A DNA stretch of 64,000 bases from an uncultured Gammaproteobacteria bacterium (GCA_964535655.1 CAZHTP010000002.1:154054-218053), one strand, 5' to 3'. Shown: positions 19,398 to 30,090, counted from the first letter of the stretch. Numbers and translations are program-made. The notes: a model not told the origin generated them from the sequence alone.

Positions 19398-20600
19398 TTA
19401 GCTACAAATAAAAATTATAGTACGTTTTTTGGAATTTTCGTACTAACACTACTTGTGTATTCGTATACGCAATTAAAAAGCCCAACACCATACGATTACT
19501 TTATTAGATTATCAGATAGCTTTATCCATGGCAAAGTATATCTTACCGATCATCCCGCATGGTTAAATGAACTAATCCCTACTTCTGATCCAAATAAGTA
19601 TTACGTAGCCTACCCACCGATGCCGGCAATTATTGCAATCCCCTTTGTAGTATTTAATATCGCTAATAAAAGTCAGACCTTTATTGCCGTTATTTTTGGC
19701 AGTATCAATGCAGCAGCGCTCTACCTGGTTTTAAAGCGAGTTTATTCGTATCAAGCGGCTGTGTTAGGTGCACTGTTACTTGCCTTCGGCACGAACCATT
19801 GGTATTTAGCCACCGAAGGATCGTCTTGGTATATCGCACACATTATTGCTGTGTTCTTCTTGTTGATGGCATTTTTACTAATAATTAAAAAAACTGAAGA
19901 TAAAAATCTGGAATTCTCCTCAACACCTTGGCGTTGGCTCGCTGCTGGGCTGTGCATTGGTGCCGCATACTGGTCGCGATTGCCGGCAGTACTAATTGCG
20001 CCTTTTTTTGGATTAGTCCCTTTAACCCAACATGAGCTAAAAAAATATCTTAAACCGCTTCTGTTATTTAGTATTGGTGTTGGAACCTTTCTATTGCTTA
20101 ATTTTGGATATAACTATACTCGCTTTGGTACTATCTCTGATCAAAGCTATGTCCTTATTCCCGGTGTTCTCAAAGAGCCATGGTTTAATAAGGGGATTTT
20201 TAGCATAAGCTATTTGCCGACAAATATAAAATTTTTCTTCGCCAAAACCCCAACTCCCTACGCCTCATTTCCCTATTTTAAACCAAGCATAGAAGGTATG
20301 TCTTTTTTCTTGACATCGCCATTTTTCATTCTTTTACCTTTTATCAATTGGAAAAAACAATACAATATAGTTGCGTTAGCAATAGGTATTCTTATGTTGG
20401 GCCCAGGGCTTTTGCATGGCACGCCGGGGTTTGCTCAGTTCGGGTATCGTTTCGCCATGGAAGCAACACCGTTATTCCTTATCTCTTTTTGCTCAGTCCT
20501 TGAACGTAAATGGTGGCAAGTAAGCGTACCGCTTATGCTCTTGGCTGTAGCGATAAACTTCTGGGGAATATACTTTATTCGGGTTCTTAACATTTACTAG
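19392..20600 (+). CDS. Polytopic membrane protein, GT-C-like (tentative)
   Basis: 402 aa with at least 9 TM helices. Its start overlaps the divergent gene start, so one of the two starts is probably internal. Confidence 0.45.
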   Translation: MQLATNKNYSTFFGIFVLTLLVYSYTQLKSPTPYDYFIRLSDSFIHGKVYLTDHPAWLNELIPTSDPNKYYVAYPPMPAIIAIPFVVFNIANKSQTFIAVIFGSINAAALYLVLKRVYSYQAAVLGALLLAFGTNHWYLATEGSSWYIAHIIAVFFLLMAFLLIIKKTEDKNLEFSSTPWRWLAAGLCIGAAYWSRLPAVLIAPFFGLVPLTQHELKKYLKPLLLFSIGVGTFLLLNFGYNYTRFGTISDQSYVLIPGVLKEPWFNKGIFSISYLPTNIKFFFAKTPTPYASFPYFKPSIEGMSFFLTSPFFILLPFINWKKQYNIVALAIGILMLGPGLLHGTPGFAQFGYRFAMEATPLFLISFCSVLERKWWQVSVPLMLLAVAINFWGIYFIRVLNIY

Positions 20601-20622
20601 GAAAATAAGATATAATCCTTTA

Positions 20623-21501
20623 ATGATAATAATAACTGGACAAACAGGTACAGGAAAAACATCGCTCGCTCTTGAACTTGCTCGCGCTAGAAACGGCGAA
20701 TTGCTTTCAGCAGATTCACGTCAGGTATTTTCAGAAATGGATTTGGGTACGGGTAAAGTCGACTCATTGGAAGATCTTAATAACAGAAACGGTATTTGGC
20801 ATCTGCGCGGTATCCCGATCTATGGCATTAATCTAATCAAAGCAAATCAGATTTTTAGTGCTGGAGATTTTGCTGAGTACGGGAAAAACGTCATAGCAGA
20901 TATTATCGCCCGAGGCAAACTACCAATAGTAGTAGGAGGAACAGGGTTTTACTTAAAATCGTTACTTGATCCCGATGAAACGGTCTCTGTTCCGCAAGAT
21001 TTTGAACTTCGTCGAAAATATGAATACAAACCCACGCAGTATCTTCAAACTACGCTTGCAGAAAAAGATCCAACCAAATTATCCAGCATGAACAATTCCG
21101 ACCGCAACAATCCACGTCGACTTATTCGCGCTATTGAAGTTGCCGATTGGAAAAGGCGAAATCCAATAGTTCCCAAGAGTGGATTCAGTTTTGCCCCTCT
21201 CGAGTGGATTGGACTACGTGCTTCACGAGAAGTATTAGAAAAAAGAATTGATCAGCGAATTACGCAGATGCTAAAAAATGGACTGCTTGAGGAAGTCACT
21301 AAATTAGTAGAAACATATTCATGGGGATCAGCGGGCTTAACCACTATTGGATATAAAGAGTGGCATCCGTATTTCTTAAACCAGAAAACAATCGATCAAG
21401 TCAGGCAAGATATCCTCACAGCACATTTGCAGTATGCCAGAAAGCAACTAATTTACTTCAAACATCTCCCCGAAATTAACTGGCAAGAGATCACGGGTTA
21501 A
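20623..21501 (+). CDS. miaA: tRNA dimethylallyltransferase
   Basis: IIITGQTGTGKTSLALELA P-loop with MiaA-like architecture. Confidence 0.8.
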   Translation: MIIITGQTGTGKTSLALELARARNGELLSADSRQVFSEMDLGTGKVDSLEDLNNRNGIWHLRGIPIYGINLIKANQIFSAGDFAEYGKNVIADIIARGKLPIVVGGTGFYLKSLLDPDETVSVPQDFELRRKYEYKPTQYLQTTLAEKDPTKLSSMNNSDRNNPRRLIRAIEVADWKRRNPIVPKSGFSFAPLEWIGLRASREVLEKRIDQRITQMLKNGLLEEVTKLVETYSWGSAGLTTIGYKEWHPYFLNQKTIDQVRQDILTAHLQYARKQLIYFKHLPEINWQEITG

Positions 21502-21547
21502 GGCAGTCATTCTTGACCCTGGCAATCAAACCCTTTACGCTATAGCT

Positions 21548-22606
21548 ATGGACCTTCGCTCTACAACAACAATTAAATGGGATATTTCGCTATCAGTAAT
21601 TGTCAAAATAGTAGGCACTGCGATTGTACTATTCTTAATCTACTATCTTCAGGATGTACTTGTTTCACTCTTTATAGCAATAATTTTAATGGCCGCCATC
21701 GCGCCCCTTGTTTCTATTGTAAAAAATATACTTAAAATCTCAAACCGATTTGCCATTACTATTGCGTATGTATGTACCCTTACTGTTATTGTAACTATAA
21801 TTTATCTAGTTGTTCCTCCATTACTGCGACAACTAGGGTTATTTCTTGTTGATCTGCCAAAATATACTCGTTCAGTTATTTCATCATTGGGATTTTTTAA
21901 TAACGATACGCAGATAGATTTATATAAAGACAATGTTCTTAACTATTTTAACGAGCAAACCGGTAGAATTGCTGAGAGTGCATTCAATGCTACTATTGGA
22001 TTATTCTCAGGAATACTCCAGGCGATAAGCATTGCTGTCTTCACTTTCTACCTACTATTAGAAAAGGAAGCTACGCAAGGAAGTGTGTTAAGATTTATTC
22101 CTTGGATATCTCATAATCAAAAGAAAGAAATCACTAGACTCTCCAGCGAGATTCAACTGAAGCTCGGTCACTGGGCCCGCGGCCAAGTATTACTTTGTTT
22201 GATCGTAGGAATAGGAACTTTTATTGGACTTACATTGTTACAAGTCCAGTTTGCTTTGCCGCTCGCCGTAATAGCGGGAATCCTCGAAATAGTCCCCATT
22301 ATTGGGCCAGCTATCTCAGCGGTACCAGCGATAATTGTGACACTTGCGGTAGAGCCAGACAAAGCAATTTTTGTTGTTGCACTATACCTCCTCATACAAC
22401 AGCTCGAAAATAGTTTTATAGTGCCTCAGGTAATGAAAAAAGCAATCGGACTATCGCCAATTGTAACCTTGCTAGCCTTAATGATAGGGGAAAAGCTCAT
22501 GGGGACAACCGGAGCGCTGCTATCACTTCCCGCGACAACCGCCATCCTCGTTATCCTCGACTATTATACTAAGAAAAAAGACAAGATATCGATTAGGTTA
22601 GATTAA
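21548..22606 (+). CDS. AI-2E (PerM) family transporter-like membrane protein
   Basis: 352 aa, about 8 TM, with topology and length typical of the AI-2E family. Confidence 0.55.
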   Translation: MDLRSTTTIKWDISLSVIVKIVGTAIVLFLIYYLQDVLVSLFIAIILMAAIAPLVSIVKNILKISNRFAITIAYVCTLTVIVTIIYLVVPPLLRQLGLFLVDLPKYTRSVISSLGFFNNDTQIDLYKDNVLNYFNEQTGRIAESAFNATIGLFSGILQAISIAVFTFYLLLEKEATQGSVLRFIPWISHNQKKEITRLSSEIQLKLGHWARGQVLLCLIVGIGTFIGLTLLQVQFALPLAVIAGILEIVPIIGPAISAVPAIIVTLAVEPDKAIFVVALYLLIQQLENSFIVPQVMKKAIGLSPIVTLLALMIGEKLMGTTGALLSLPATTAILVILDYYTKKKDKISIRLD

Positions 22607-22608
22607 AT

Positions 22609-23235
22609 ATGTATGCAGTAGTTGTCAGTCTTGCTATATGTGGTGTAATTTTATTTATTCTTTTTTTAAGGAAAGTACATACTTCGGAAAATAATAAGGA
22701 GCATCATGTTTCCAAACTATATGTAGATTCTGCTATCATCGAGTTTGAAGGTGAACAGATAAGACGGAATGGTAAACTCGATTCACAGGTTCCACCAGGT
22801 CATTTTGAAGAATTAATTGAATCGCTCAATCGCTGCTCAAGATATAGGGAGATTTATGGGAATTATAAAGAATATATCGCCGTAAATACTATTCTTAAAA
22901 TTGGACTGCTAACCCGTTTTGCTCGGCAAGAACGCTTTGCCCATATTGAACCAACGAGTTATCGAGCTGACCTTAAATATGGCGGTTGCTACTTTGAGAG
23001 CACTGATGGTGTCGCCATGGTTTATGCAATAGGTGATACTAGCGCAATCCTAGAAATGTGTTCTCAAATCCATGATAAGGAAGAAATACTTAGAGTAGCA
23101 CAAAAGTGGGCGAAGCAAAATTATTTAGTTACAGCAATTGCGACAGGTGATGTATATAGCGATAAAAAGAATGTCCTCACCCGCGGTGTTAAAGAAAAAA
23201 TGACATTTTTGGGGCTACTTGCTATTCCCAACTAA
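22609..23235 (+). CDS. Hypothetical protein with a P-type ATPase N-domain-like C-terminal segment (possible gene fragment)
   Basis: N-terminal TM. The C-terminus ...AIGDTSAILEMC...KEKMTFLGLLAIPN resembles the nucleotide-binding domain of P-type ATPases up to the L(T)F(L)G(L)... hinge, then stops. Confidence 0.3.
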   Translation: MYAVVVSLAICGVILFILFLRKVHTSENNKEHHVSKLYVDSAIIEFEGEQIRRNGKLDSQVPPGHFEELIESLNRCSRYREIYGNYKEYIAVNTILKIGLLTRFARQERFAHIEPTSYRADLKYGGCYFESTDGVAMVYAIGDTSAILEMCSQIHDKEEILRVAQKWAKQNYLVTAIATGDVYSDKKNVLTRGVKEKMTFLGLLAIPN

Positions 23236-23282
23236 TTAAATCTACTTGATCATCTTCGGGTTTTATTGTATACTACCATTGG

Positions 23283-23582
23283 CCTTAGGAAACAGTTTGG
23301 TTAGTCGGAGAGAGTCGCAAGACGAATCGAAGGCAGGAAAGTCCAGACAGCATAGAGCAAGGGTGTCCCGCTTAACTGTGGGAACGCGAAAGCGCTAGTT
23401 AGAGCATCAGAGACGATTAAATCATCTTCGAAAAGCTTTGGAGATGATGGAAGGTGAAAAGGGCAATCCTCCCCGCTGCAATCCTAGACAGAACCGATAT
23501 CAGGTGGCTTGCCGAGGTTCAAATCAGGAGCATTAGATAGATTACCATTAAAACAGAATCTGGCTTACTCGTCTCCTAAGGC
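23283..23582 (+). ncRNA. rnpB: RNase P RNA (bacterial type A)
   Basis: GGAAAGTCCAGAC...CATAGAGCAAGGGTG..., GGTGAAAAGGGC, and 3' ACAGAATCTGGCTTAC (P4 strands). P1 pairing CCTTAGGA/TCCTAAGG. Confidence 0.75.
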
Positions 23583-23653
23583 TTTTTAAAATCCACAATC
23601 AAAAATCCACTGCTTCTTGCAAAAGCAATTTCTTTTATTGCACAATTGACTAA

Positions 23654-25186
23654 ATGTTAACAATTATAACCTCTGCGGCTATTGTGGGCCTTGAGGCAAG
23701 ACTCGTCTCAATTGAAGTTGACATTCAATCACAAGGCTTGCCCCATTTTATCATTGTTGGACTTCCCGACAAATCCATCGATGAAGCAAAAGAGCGTGTC
23801 AAAAGTGCAATCAAAAATAGTGGGTTCGAATTTCCTAATAAAAAAATTACTGTCAATATGGCACCCGCCGATGTTTCTAAAGAAGGGTCACGGTATGATT
23901 TGCCAATCGCTATGGGGATACTTGCTTCATCAGGACAAATACCTGCAGTTTCTAAATCTAAATTATTTTATGGTGAACTCTCACTTGATGGTTCAATTAA
24001 GCCTGTCAGTGGAAGTGTCTTAATTTCGATTCTTGCAAGAGAATCACCTATAGAGGAACTATATTCTCCACATGATAACGCCAAAGAAGCCGCGCTTATT
24101 AGCGGTACAAAAATATATGCCTGCGATAAGCTAAGTGATCTCGTTTCTCATTTCGCAGATAATTTTCCGCTCACCGTGCAACAACATCATATTCCTCTTA
24201 CTCAAAATAAAAACTCACTCGCAATTTTCACTGACATGTCCGATGTACAAGGTCAACAACAAGTAAAGAGAGCCCTAGAAATAAGCGCTGCCGGAAGCCA
24301 CAACATTATTTTAATAGGCAGTCCGGGAGCAGGAAAAACCATGCTCGCTCGAACATTCCCTTCTATTTTACCCAACATCACCGTTGATGAAGCAATAGAA
24401 TTAACAAAGCTATATAGTGTGTCAGGAAACCTAACCAGCGATTCTCCCATAATTTCTGAGCGCCCGTTTCGCCATCCACATCACACCGGTAGTGTTTCAT
24501 CGATTATAGGTGGGGGAACAAACCCTAAGCCTGGCGAAATCTCGCTTGCCCACCGCGGAGTATTATTCATGGACGAATTTCTCGAATTCCCCAAAATAGT
24601 ATTGGAATCATTACGTCAACCACTTGAAGACGGCGAAATTACGGTGTCTCGTACCGCTTCAACAGTAACATTTCCTGCTAAATTTATTTTACTGGCAGCA
24701 TGTAATCCATGCCCGTGCGGCTTTGCATATAGCATGGACCCCGGCAAGCAATGCTCTTGTAGTAGTTCTCAATTAACACGGTATAAAAAGAAATTATCGG
24801 GCCCTATTTTGGATCGGATCGATTTGCAAGTAAAAGTTCGCGCAGTTCCGATTCACGAGCTAGCAGCACGAAGCGAATCAGAAAAATCAGAACATATCAA
24901 GGAAAGAGTCCAAAATGCTCGAGAGATCCAATATAAAAGATTTGCTCATACAAATTTAAGATCAAATGCTGAAATGAGTAGTAGCGAAGTTCGCGCTCAT
25001 TGTAAATTTTCATCCGAAACCGAAGAATTGTTAAAGTCAGCAGTTACAAGAATGCACCTCTCAGCTCGAGCCTATAACCGCACAATTAAAGTCGCTAGGA
25101 CTATTGCGGATCTGGCTCAGGAAGAAATTATTACTAAGCAACATATCGCCGAATCGCTCCAGTACAGATTTAATGATATTATATAA
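23654..25186 (+). CDS. comM: Mg-chelatase-like AAA+ ATPase YifB/ComM
   Basis: N-terminal Lon-like domain, Walker A GSPGAGKT and a C-terminal ChlI-like region. Confidence 0.85.
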   Translation: MLTIITSAAIVGLEARLVSIEVDIQSQGLPHFIIVGLPDKSIDEAKERVKSAIKNSGFEFPNKKITVNMAPADVSKEGSRYDLPIAMGILASSGQIPAVSKSKLFYGELSLDGSIKPVSGSVLISILARESPIEELYSPHDNAKEAALISGTKIYACDKLSDLVSHFADNFPLTVQQHHIPLTQNKNSLAIFTDMSDVQGQQQVKRALEISAAGSHNIILIGSPGAGKTMLARTFPSILPNITVDEAIELTKLYSVSGNLTSDSPIISERPFRHPHHTGSVSSIIGGGTNPKPGEISLAHRGVLFMDEFLEFPKIVLESLRQPLEDGEITVSRTASTVTFPAKFILLAACNPCPCGFAYSMDPGKQCSCSSSQLTRYKKKLSGPILDRIDLQVKVRAVPIHELAARSESEKSEHIKERVQNAREIQYKRFAHTNLRSNAEMSSSEVRAHCKFSSETEELLKSAVTRMHLSARAYNRTIKVARTIADLAQEEIITKQHIAESLQYRFNDII

Positions 25187-25188
25187 AT

Positions 25189-26085
25189 ATGAAAGTTCTT
25201 ATTGCCGGCGCGACAGGTTTTATTGGATCACTCATTGTAGAGCAGCTCTTAAAAAAAGCGCATGATGTCTGGGTGCTTTTACCTGATCAATCACAACTTG
25301 AAGAATACCAACATATGAGCGTCCATGCCATGGTTGGAAATGCAGCAGAAAACGGTACTTGGTTGAGCCAACTTCCTGATAATTTAGATTTTATCGTTAA
25401 TGCAATCTTTCCAAATATTTCAGTGCGGCTTTCTCTCAAACAAATCGAGAATGAAGGAGCTTCACATTATTTTAATGTTGGGAAAAATTTACTGTATGCT
25501 GCTGAAAAAACTGGAGTAAAGCGAATGTACCAATTCGCACCTCTATACTGCTACACAAATACTGGGGTAGAAATTACTGAAAAATCCATACTTAACCGCG
25601 ATACGAACACCATCGGAAAGTTATATATGGATTTGCTACCGTATCTGACAAATCAAAAAGTTCAATCCACGGTGTTAATGCACGGCTTATTATATAATTT
25701 TACTGGATTTACTTTCCCCGAAATACCACGCGTAGCAGGGCGCATACCAATTATTGGAGGAGGAGAGAATCTCCTGGTACTAACTCACATTGTAGATCTA
25801 GCTTCAGCTTGTGTATTTCTTCTCGAGAAAGAAATTGCAGAGCACTTTATAAATGTCGTTGACGATAAACCTCTTCGGCAAAAGGAAATAATGCAGCGTC
25901 TCGGGTTGAAGACCCAAAGTGGAACCGTACCTTTGCCAAAGTTTGCAGCGACCCCCCTTCTGGGTGATGTTCTTACCAGTACGCTAACAGAATCAATTCA
26001 AGCTAAAAATAATCTACTCAAGTCGTTTGGGTATTGGTTAAAGTATCCGGATATGAATGCAGGCTTTGCGGCAAGCACTATTTAA
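25189..26085 (+). CDS. NAD-dependent epimerase/dehydratase-family (SDR) protein
   Basis: MKVLIAGATGFIGS Rossmann motif. Confidence 0.6.
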   Translation: MKVLIAGATGFIGSLIVEQLLKKAHDVWVLLPDQSQLEEYQHMSVHAMVGNAAENGTWLSQLPDNLDFIVNAIFPNISVRLSLKQIENEGASHYFNVGKNLLYAAEKTGVKRMYQFAPLYCYTNTGVEITEKSILNRDTNTIGKLYMDLLPYLTNQKVQSTVLMHGLLYNFTGFTFPEIPRVAGRIPIIGGGENLLVLTHIVDLASACVFLLEKEIAEHFINVVDDKPLRQKEIMQRLGLKTQSGTVPLPKFAATPLLGDVLTSTLTESIQAKNNLLKSFGYWLKYPDMNAGFAASTI

Positions 26086-26412
26086 CTATATGGAGGAAAT
26101 AGAAAAGTAATTCGCCTAAGACAACAGCACCACCAACTAAAAGCGATTTACGGATATCATGCGAGTAGGCATTAATTTCGTGAGAATTTCTTTCTTTCTG
26201 CGACTGTGCAACGCGATCTGAAGATTTTCGTAGGGTGTTAAGCGAAACTCCTAAACCTTCAGTGTCATGGGTAGTAGTAGATTCTTTTATAACTTGTTTT
26301 TGAATTGTCATACACGGGAGTATACCGCGTAAAGTCTGCCTTGACAAGCAAATACTAGTGAACTTATCATTGAGTAGCTTAGGTGCGCAATTTGGCGTAT
26401 TTAAAAATAACT

Positions 26413-27597
26413 ATGAATCAGAAAAAAATAATTACATTAAGTATTGCCGGTATTCTTGTCCTCGGTCTATCAATATTTGGCGCCTATACTATTACAAAAT
26501 ACGTAAACACTCCTACTGAGACCGTCTCTTCAAACCCATCCAGTAGCCCTGAACCAACAATTAAAAAAGTTGATGCAGAAAGCTATTGTCCGCTTAACGG
26601 GAAAAAATATACAACAGATGATCAGCTTCGCTGGGAACAAAAACACCCGGTTGCGGTAATGATAGAAAACCACACTGAGGCACGACCACAATCAGGGTTA
26701 ACCAGTGCCGATGTCGTGTACGAAGCAGTAGCAGAGGGTGGCATCACGCGTTTTGAAGCCTTGTTCCTGTGCGATACACCTCCGCAAGTTGTTGGTCCAG
26801 TGCGTAGTGCCCGCACGTATTTTTTGGATTGGCTATCAGAATATAACGCTTTTTATGCTCATGTTGGCGGTGCTAATTCTGGTGGCTCTGCTACTCAAAG
26901 TAAAGCCGATGCTCTACAACAGATTAAAGATTATGGCATAAAAGATTTCGATGGAATAACAAGCAACGTTTCAGAAGGATTTTATCGTGATGAAAACAGA
27001 AATCCAAACGTAGCATACGAACACACCATGTATTTAGATATTGAACGTTTACGCAAATATGCCAAAGATACCTTTAACTGGGGAGTAGCCGTAAATGGTT
27101 CTCGCTGGGACAGTACGTTTGAAAAATGGAAATTTGTTGATTCTAAAACAATTCCTAAACCCACATCAGTCGAAGCATCGTCTGCTGCTACTATCAGTTA
27201 TCAATTCTGGGATACTTCAGCCAATTTATTTAACGTAAAGTGGTCATACGATACTGCAACAAAGTTATATGCTCGGAATATGGCGGGTAAACCGCATGTC
27301 GATAAAAATAATAATGAACAAATTAAAGTAACCAATATCATAGTTCTTTTCCAAGAAGAGAGCCGCGCCGACGACGATTATCACGATAATTTGCACCTGC
27401 TATACAAGACGATCGGTACAGGACAAGCCTATATCTTTATGAATGGGAACATGATAAAAGGAACGTGGAGCAAGTCTGGAAGGACTGCAAAAACGAAATT
27501 CCTTGACTCCACAGGCCAGGAAGTGGCTCTTGAGCGAGGTAAAATCTGGATTTCAATCGTCCCTACATATAGTAAGGATTCGGTTAAAGTAAACTGA
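26413..27597 (+). CDS. DUF3048-family lipoprotein-like protein
   Basis: PVAVMIENHTEARPQSGLTSADVVYEAVAEGGITRFEALF...PVRSARTYFLDW matches the DUF3048 core. N-terminal TM. Confidence 0.6.
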   Translation: MNQKKIITLSIAGILVLGLSIFGAYTITKYVNTPTETVSSNPSSSPEPTIKKVDAESYCPLNGKKYTTDDQLRWEQKHPVAVMIENHTEARPQSGLTSADVVYEAVAEGGITRFEALFLCDTPPQVVGPVRSARTYFLDWLSEYNAFYAHVGGANSGGSATQSKADALQQIKDYGIKDFDGITSNVSEGFYRDENRNPNVAYEHTMYLDIERLRKYAKDTFNWGVAVNGSRWDSTFEKWKFVDSKTIPKPTSVEASSAATISYQFWDTSANLFNVKWSYDTATKLYARNMAGKPHVDKNNNEQIKVTNIIVLFQEESRADDDYHDNLHLLYKTIGTGQAYIFMNGNMIKGTWSKSGRTAKTKFLDSTGQEVALERGKIWISIVPTYSKDSVKVN

Positions 27598-27628
27598 AAA
27601 TAACTACTCCTGCCCGAAAGGAGATTCT

Positions 27629-28210
27629 ATGTTAAACGATCTGTTCATATCCAAAGTTCGGGTAAAAATGCTACAGCTTTTCATGCTTAACCCCATGACC
27701 ATGTTTCATGTTCGCGAAATTGTTCGGCAGGTAGACGAAGAGATTAACGCCGTACGAAGAGAATTGCAGCGCATGGAAAAAGGTGGAATGGTGCGCTCGG
27801 AATGGCGGGCAAATAGGCGCTACTACGAATTTAAAAAAGAGTATCTATTCTATCCTGAACTGCTTGCCATGATGAACAAAATTACCGGCCTTGGAGGAGA
27901 GATTATCCAAAACCGGGCAAAACTGGGTAAGGTTAAATTTGCCTTCATCTCGGGTGGATTTGCTCGAGGTAAAACCCCTGGTCCAAAAGATGTTGAGCTC
28001 TTAACAGTTGGGACAATAGTATTACCAGAACTTTCGGCACTAGTTAAATCAGAGGAGGTCAAAAGAGGCCGCGAGATCAACTATACTGTAATGGCGGAAG
28101 ACGAATATAAGTACCGGGTCACAAGGCGCGACCCATTTATCCTTGATGTCCTTGAAAGACCTAGAATTATGCTTATTGGCGAAGAAGAAGCCCTTCTTGC
28201 AGACGTTTAA
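27629..28210 (+). CDS. Winged-HTH plus minimal nucleotidyltransferase-domain protein
   Basis: N-terminal wHTH. C-terminal GGFARGKTPGPKDVEL is a Pol-beta-type NTase-like GS/x-D-x-E/D region. Confidence 0.5.
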   Translation: MLNDLFISKVRVKMLQLFMLNPMTMFHVREIVRQVDEEINAVRRELQRMEKGGMVRSEWRANRRYYEFKKEYLFYPELLAMMNKITGLGGEIIQNRAKLGKVKFAFISGGFARGKTPGPKDVELLTVGTIVLPELSALVKSEEVKRGREINYTVMAEDEYKYRVTRRDPFILDVLERPRIMLIGEEEALLADV

Positions 28211-28986
28211 AGTGACGCACTTTTTATTATTTCGCTAAAGTGTCGCACTTTATTCAAGTCACTTTCACTATAGCTAAATGATGCAACATCTTCAGCAAGT
28301 TTTTCAAAATCGAGAGTCTCACAAAAACTGATAGTTTTAGCCCTCAATTCGTTTGAGGTACCAACTCCAATTTTGTAATTCAAATAGTCATAATCAGGCT
28401 TAATCGAAAAAGACAATAAATATGCAATGTCAAAAAAATCACGACCTAGTACGCGAGGTCTATTAAATAACGCATTAAACTTCTGTGCAAGTAAAATATT
28501 TTTTGGCGTAACACGTACAGTAGGATTTAACCCGAACCGCTGCAAAGATTGCACGTCAGGTTGGTAAGTATATCCATGTGCCGTGCTATCAATTTGGATT
28601 AAAATTTTCTCAGATTCTAAAGGTGAAATCTTTTGCTCAAAGAGAATATGAGGAAGGCGAACATTACACCGAAATGCCCCCTTATGAACAAAACTAGTTT
28701 CTACTTCATAACCTTCTTCTTCAAGTCGCAACTTCACAGTGCTTCCAACCGAAAGAAATTCTTCTTCTGTTAGGCCAAAATTATCAAAATCTAAGTCTTC
28801 GGAAAAACGGGGGCAACCATGAATAATTCTCAAGGCAGTTCCGCCTAAAAAAGACAATTTAAAGGCGAATTCCGATGCAAAAATCCCATCAAGCATCAGA
28901 CATTGCAAATATTCTCTCAAAATCTGTCGCTTATCTCGTGTTTGAGAAGGAGGATAATATGATTGGATTGTTTCAATAGTGAACAT
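28207..28986 (-). CDS. AbiEii/AbiGii-family nucleotidyltransferase toxin (type IV TA)
   Basis: FLGGTALRIIHGCPRFSEDLDFD matches the AbiEii core. Confidence 0.7.
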   Translation of the reverse strand: MFTIETIQSYYPPSQTRDKRQILREYLQCLMLDGIFASEFAFKLSFLGGTALRIIHGCPRFSEDLDFDNFGLTEEEFLSVGSTVKLRLEEEGYEVETSFVHKGAFRCNVRLPHILFEQKISPLESEKILIQIDSTAHGYTYQPDVQSLQRFGLNPTVRVTPKNILLAQKFNALFNRPRVLGRDFFDIAYLLSFSIKPDYDYLNYKIGVGTSNELRAKTISFCETLDFEKLAEDVASFSYSESDLNKVRHFSEIIKSASL

Positions 28987-29611
28987 ATGTTGGACTCCTT
29001 AAGTAGTTAAGTAATAAGCGGGCGCGCCTTTCTAACGCACCATTTTCAGAAATGGTAATGTACTTCCAAAAAAGAGGTTCATCAAAATGAGCAAAAAGCT
29101 CTTCAGAATTTATACGCAGTTCGTGCATATCACCTTCGGTTTTTAACTCTGGATGAAAATAGAGGTAATCTACCAAGGCCTTTTCCTTCGTAGCTATAAA
29201 AAATGACATAGATCCATACGCAACGCTGGTATACCCTACCATCATAGTTGGCTTGATTGACTTAAAAAGGAACTCTCCAAGGGGTGTTTTATATACTGCT
29301 GTCTTTCTTGTACTAATGCTTGTTGTACGAAAAACTCCTTCTGAGATGAGATTGTAGTAGCGTAGTGCCGATTCAAGAGATATATAAGAAGGTGAATAGA
29401 GGTTCTTAGCCACTGCAAAAAGGCCATAGGAATCAAGCGCACTCGCCAAGTCCGCAAAGACATAATAACCACGCACCAATCTTTGAATATAACCTATCCT
29501 TTCCCACCGCCTAAGCTGGGTTGTAGCGATATTCGGTTCAAAAAACCGTATATCATGTGGGGTAAAGACGAGCTTATTCTTAAGCGATTGTTGTAATTCT
29601 CGGTACTTCAT
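28973..29611 (-). CDS. AbiEi-family antitoxin/transcriptional regulator
   Basis: N-terminal wHTH (MKYRELQQSLK...LRRWERIGYIQRLVRGYYVF). 14-nt overlap with the AbiEii gene. Start moved to the MKY codon. Confidence 0.6.
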   Translation of the reverse strand: MKYRELQQSLKNKLVFTPHDIRFFEPNIATTQLRRWERIGYIQRLVRGYYVFADLASALDSYGLFAVAKNLYSPSYISLESALRYYNLISEGVFRTTSISTRKTAVYKTPLGEFLFKSIKPTMMVGYTSVAYGSMSFFIATKEKALVDYLYFHPELKTEGDMHELRINSEELFAHFDEPLFWKYITISENGALERRARLLLNYLRSPTYVHY

Positions 29612-30090
29612 ATGTTTCTCCAAAGATACATTTATGTATTCTTTAAGAAATAAAATAACAGAAATGAGAGAGAAAGGCAAGGGGTAATAGATGAGCCTAG
29701 ATATCCTAATAGCGATAATGAGTGAGCGTGATATGTAGAATAAAGAAGACCTATAGCTATTGACAAAGGGATATAGGTGTGTTAACATCACGATACCTCA
29801 ATAGGAGGCAACCTCAATTCGAGGCTGTTCTACTTGAGAGGCCCGAAGCCTTAAAACTTCGGTAGCACATTCAAAAGAGGCAGATTACTCCTAATCTTAG
29901 GAACGGGAAGTAGTCCAACGAAGTCTCTTGTCGAATAAACATCTAACTCCGCCACTATGTACCGCCACCTAAACCTAGGGGGAAGGTAATTGGCCGCACA
30001 TTTTTAACCCAATTTATTGGGCTACTTTGTGTAGGTATTTTCTTCTACTTTTCTCAAAATATTGTTGATTGTGCTCCCTTTTCCCGTCCG

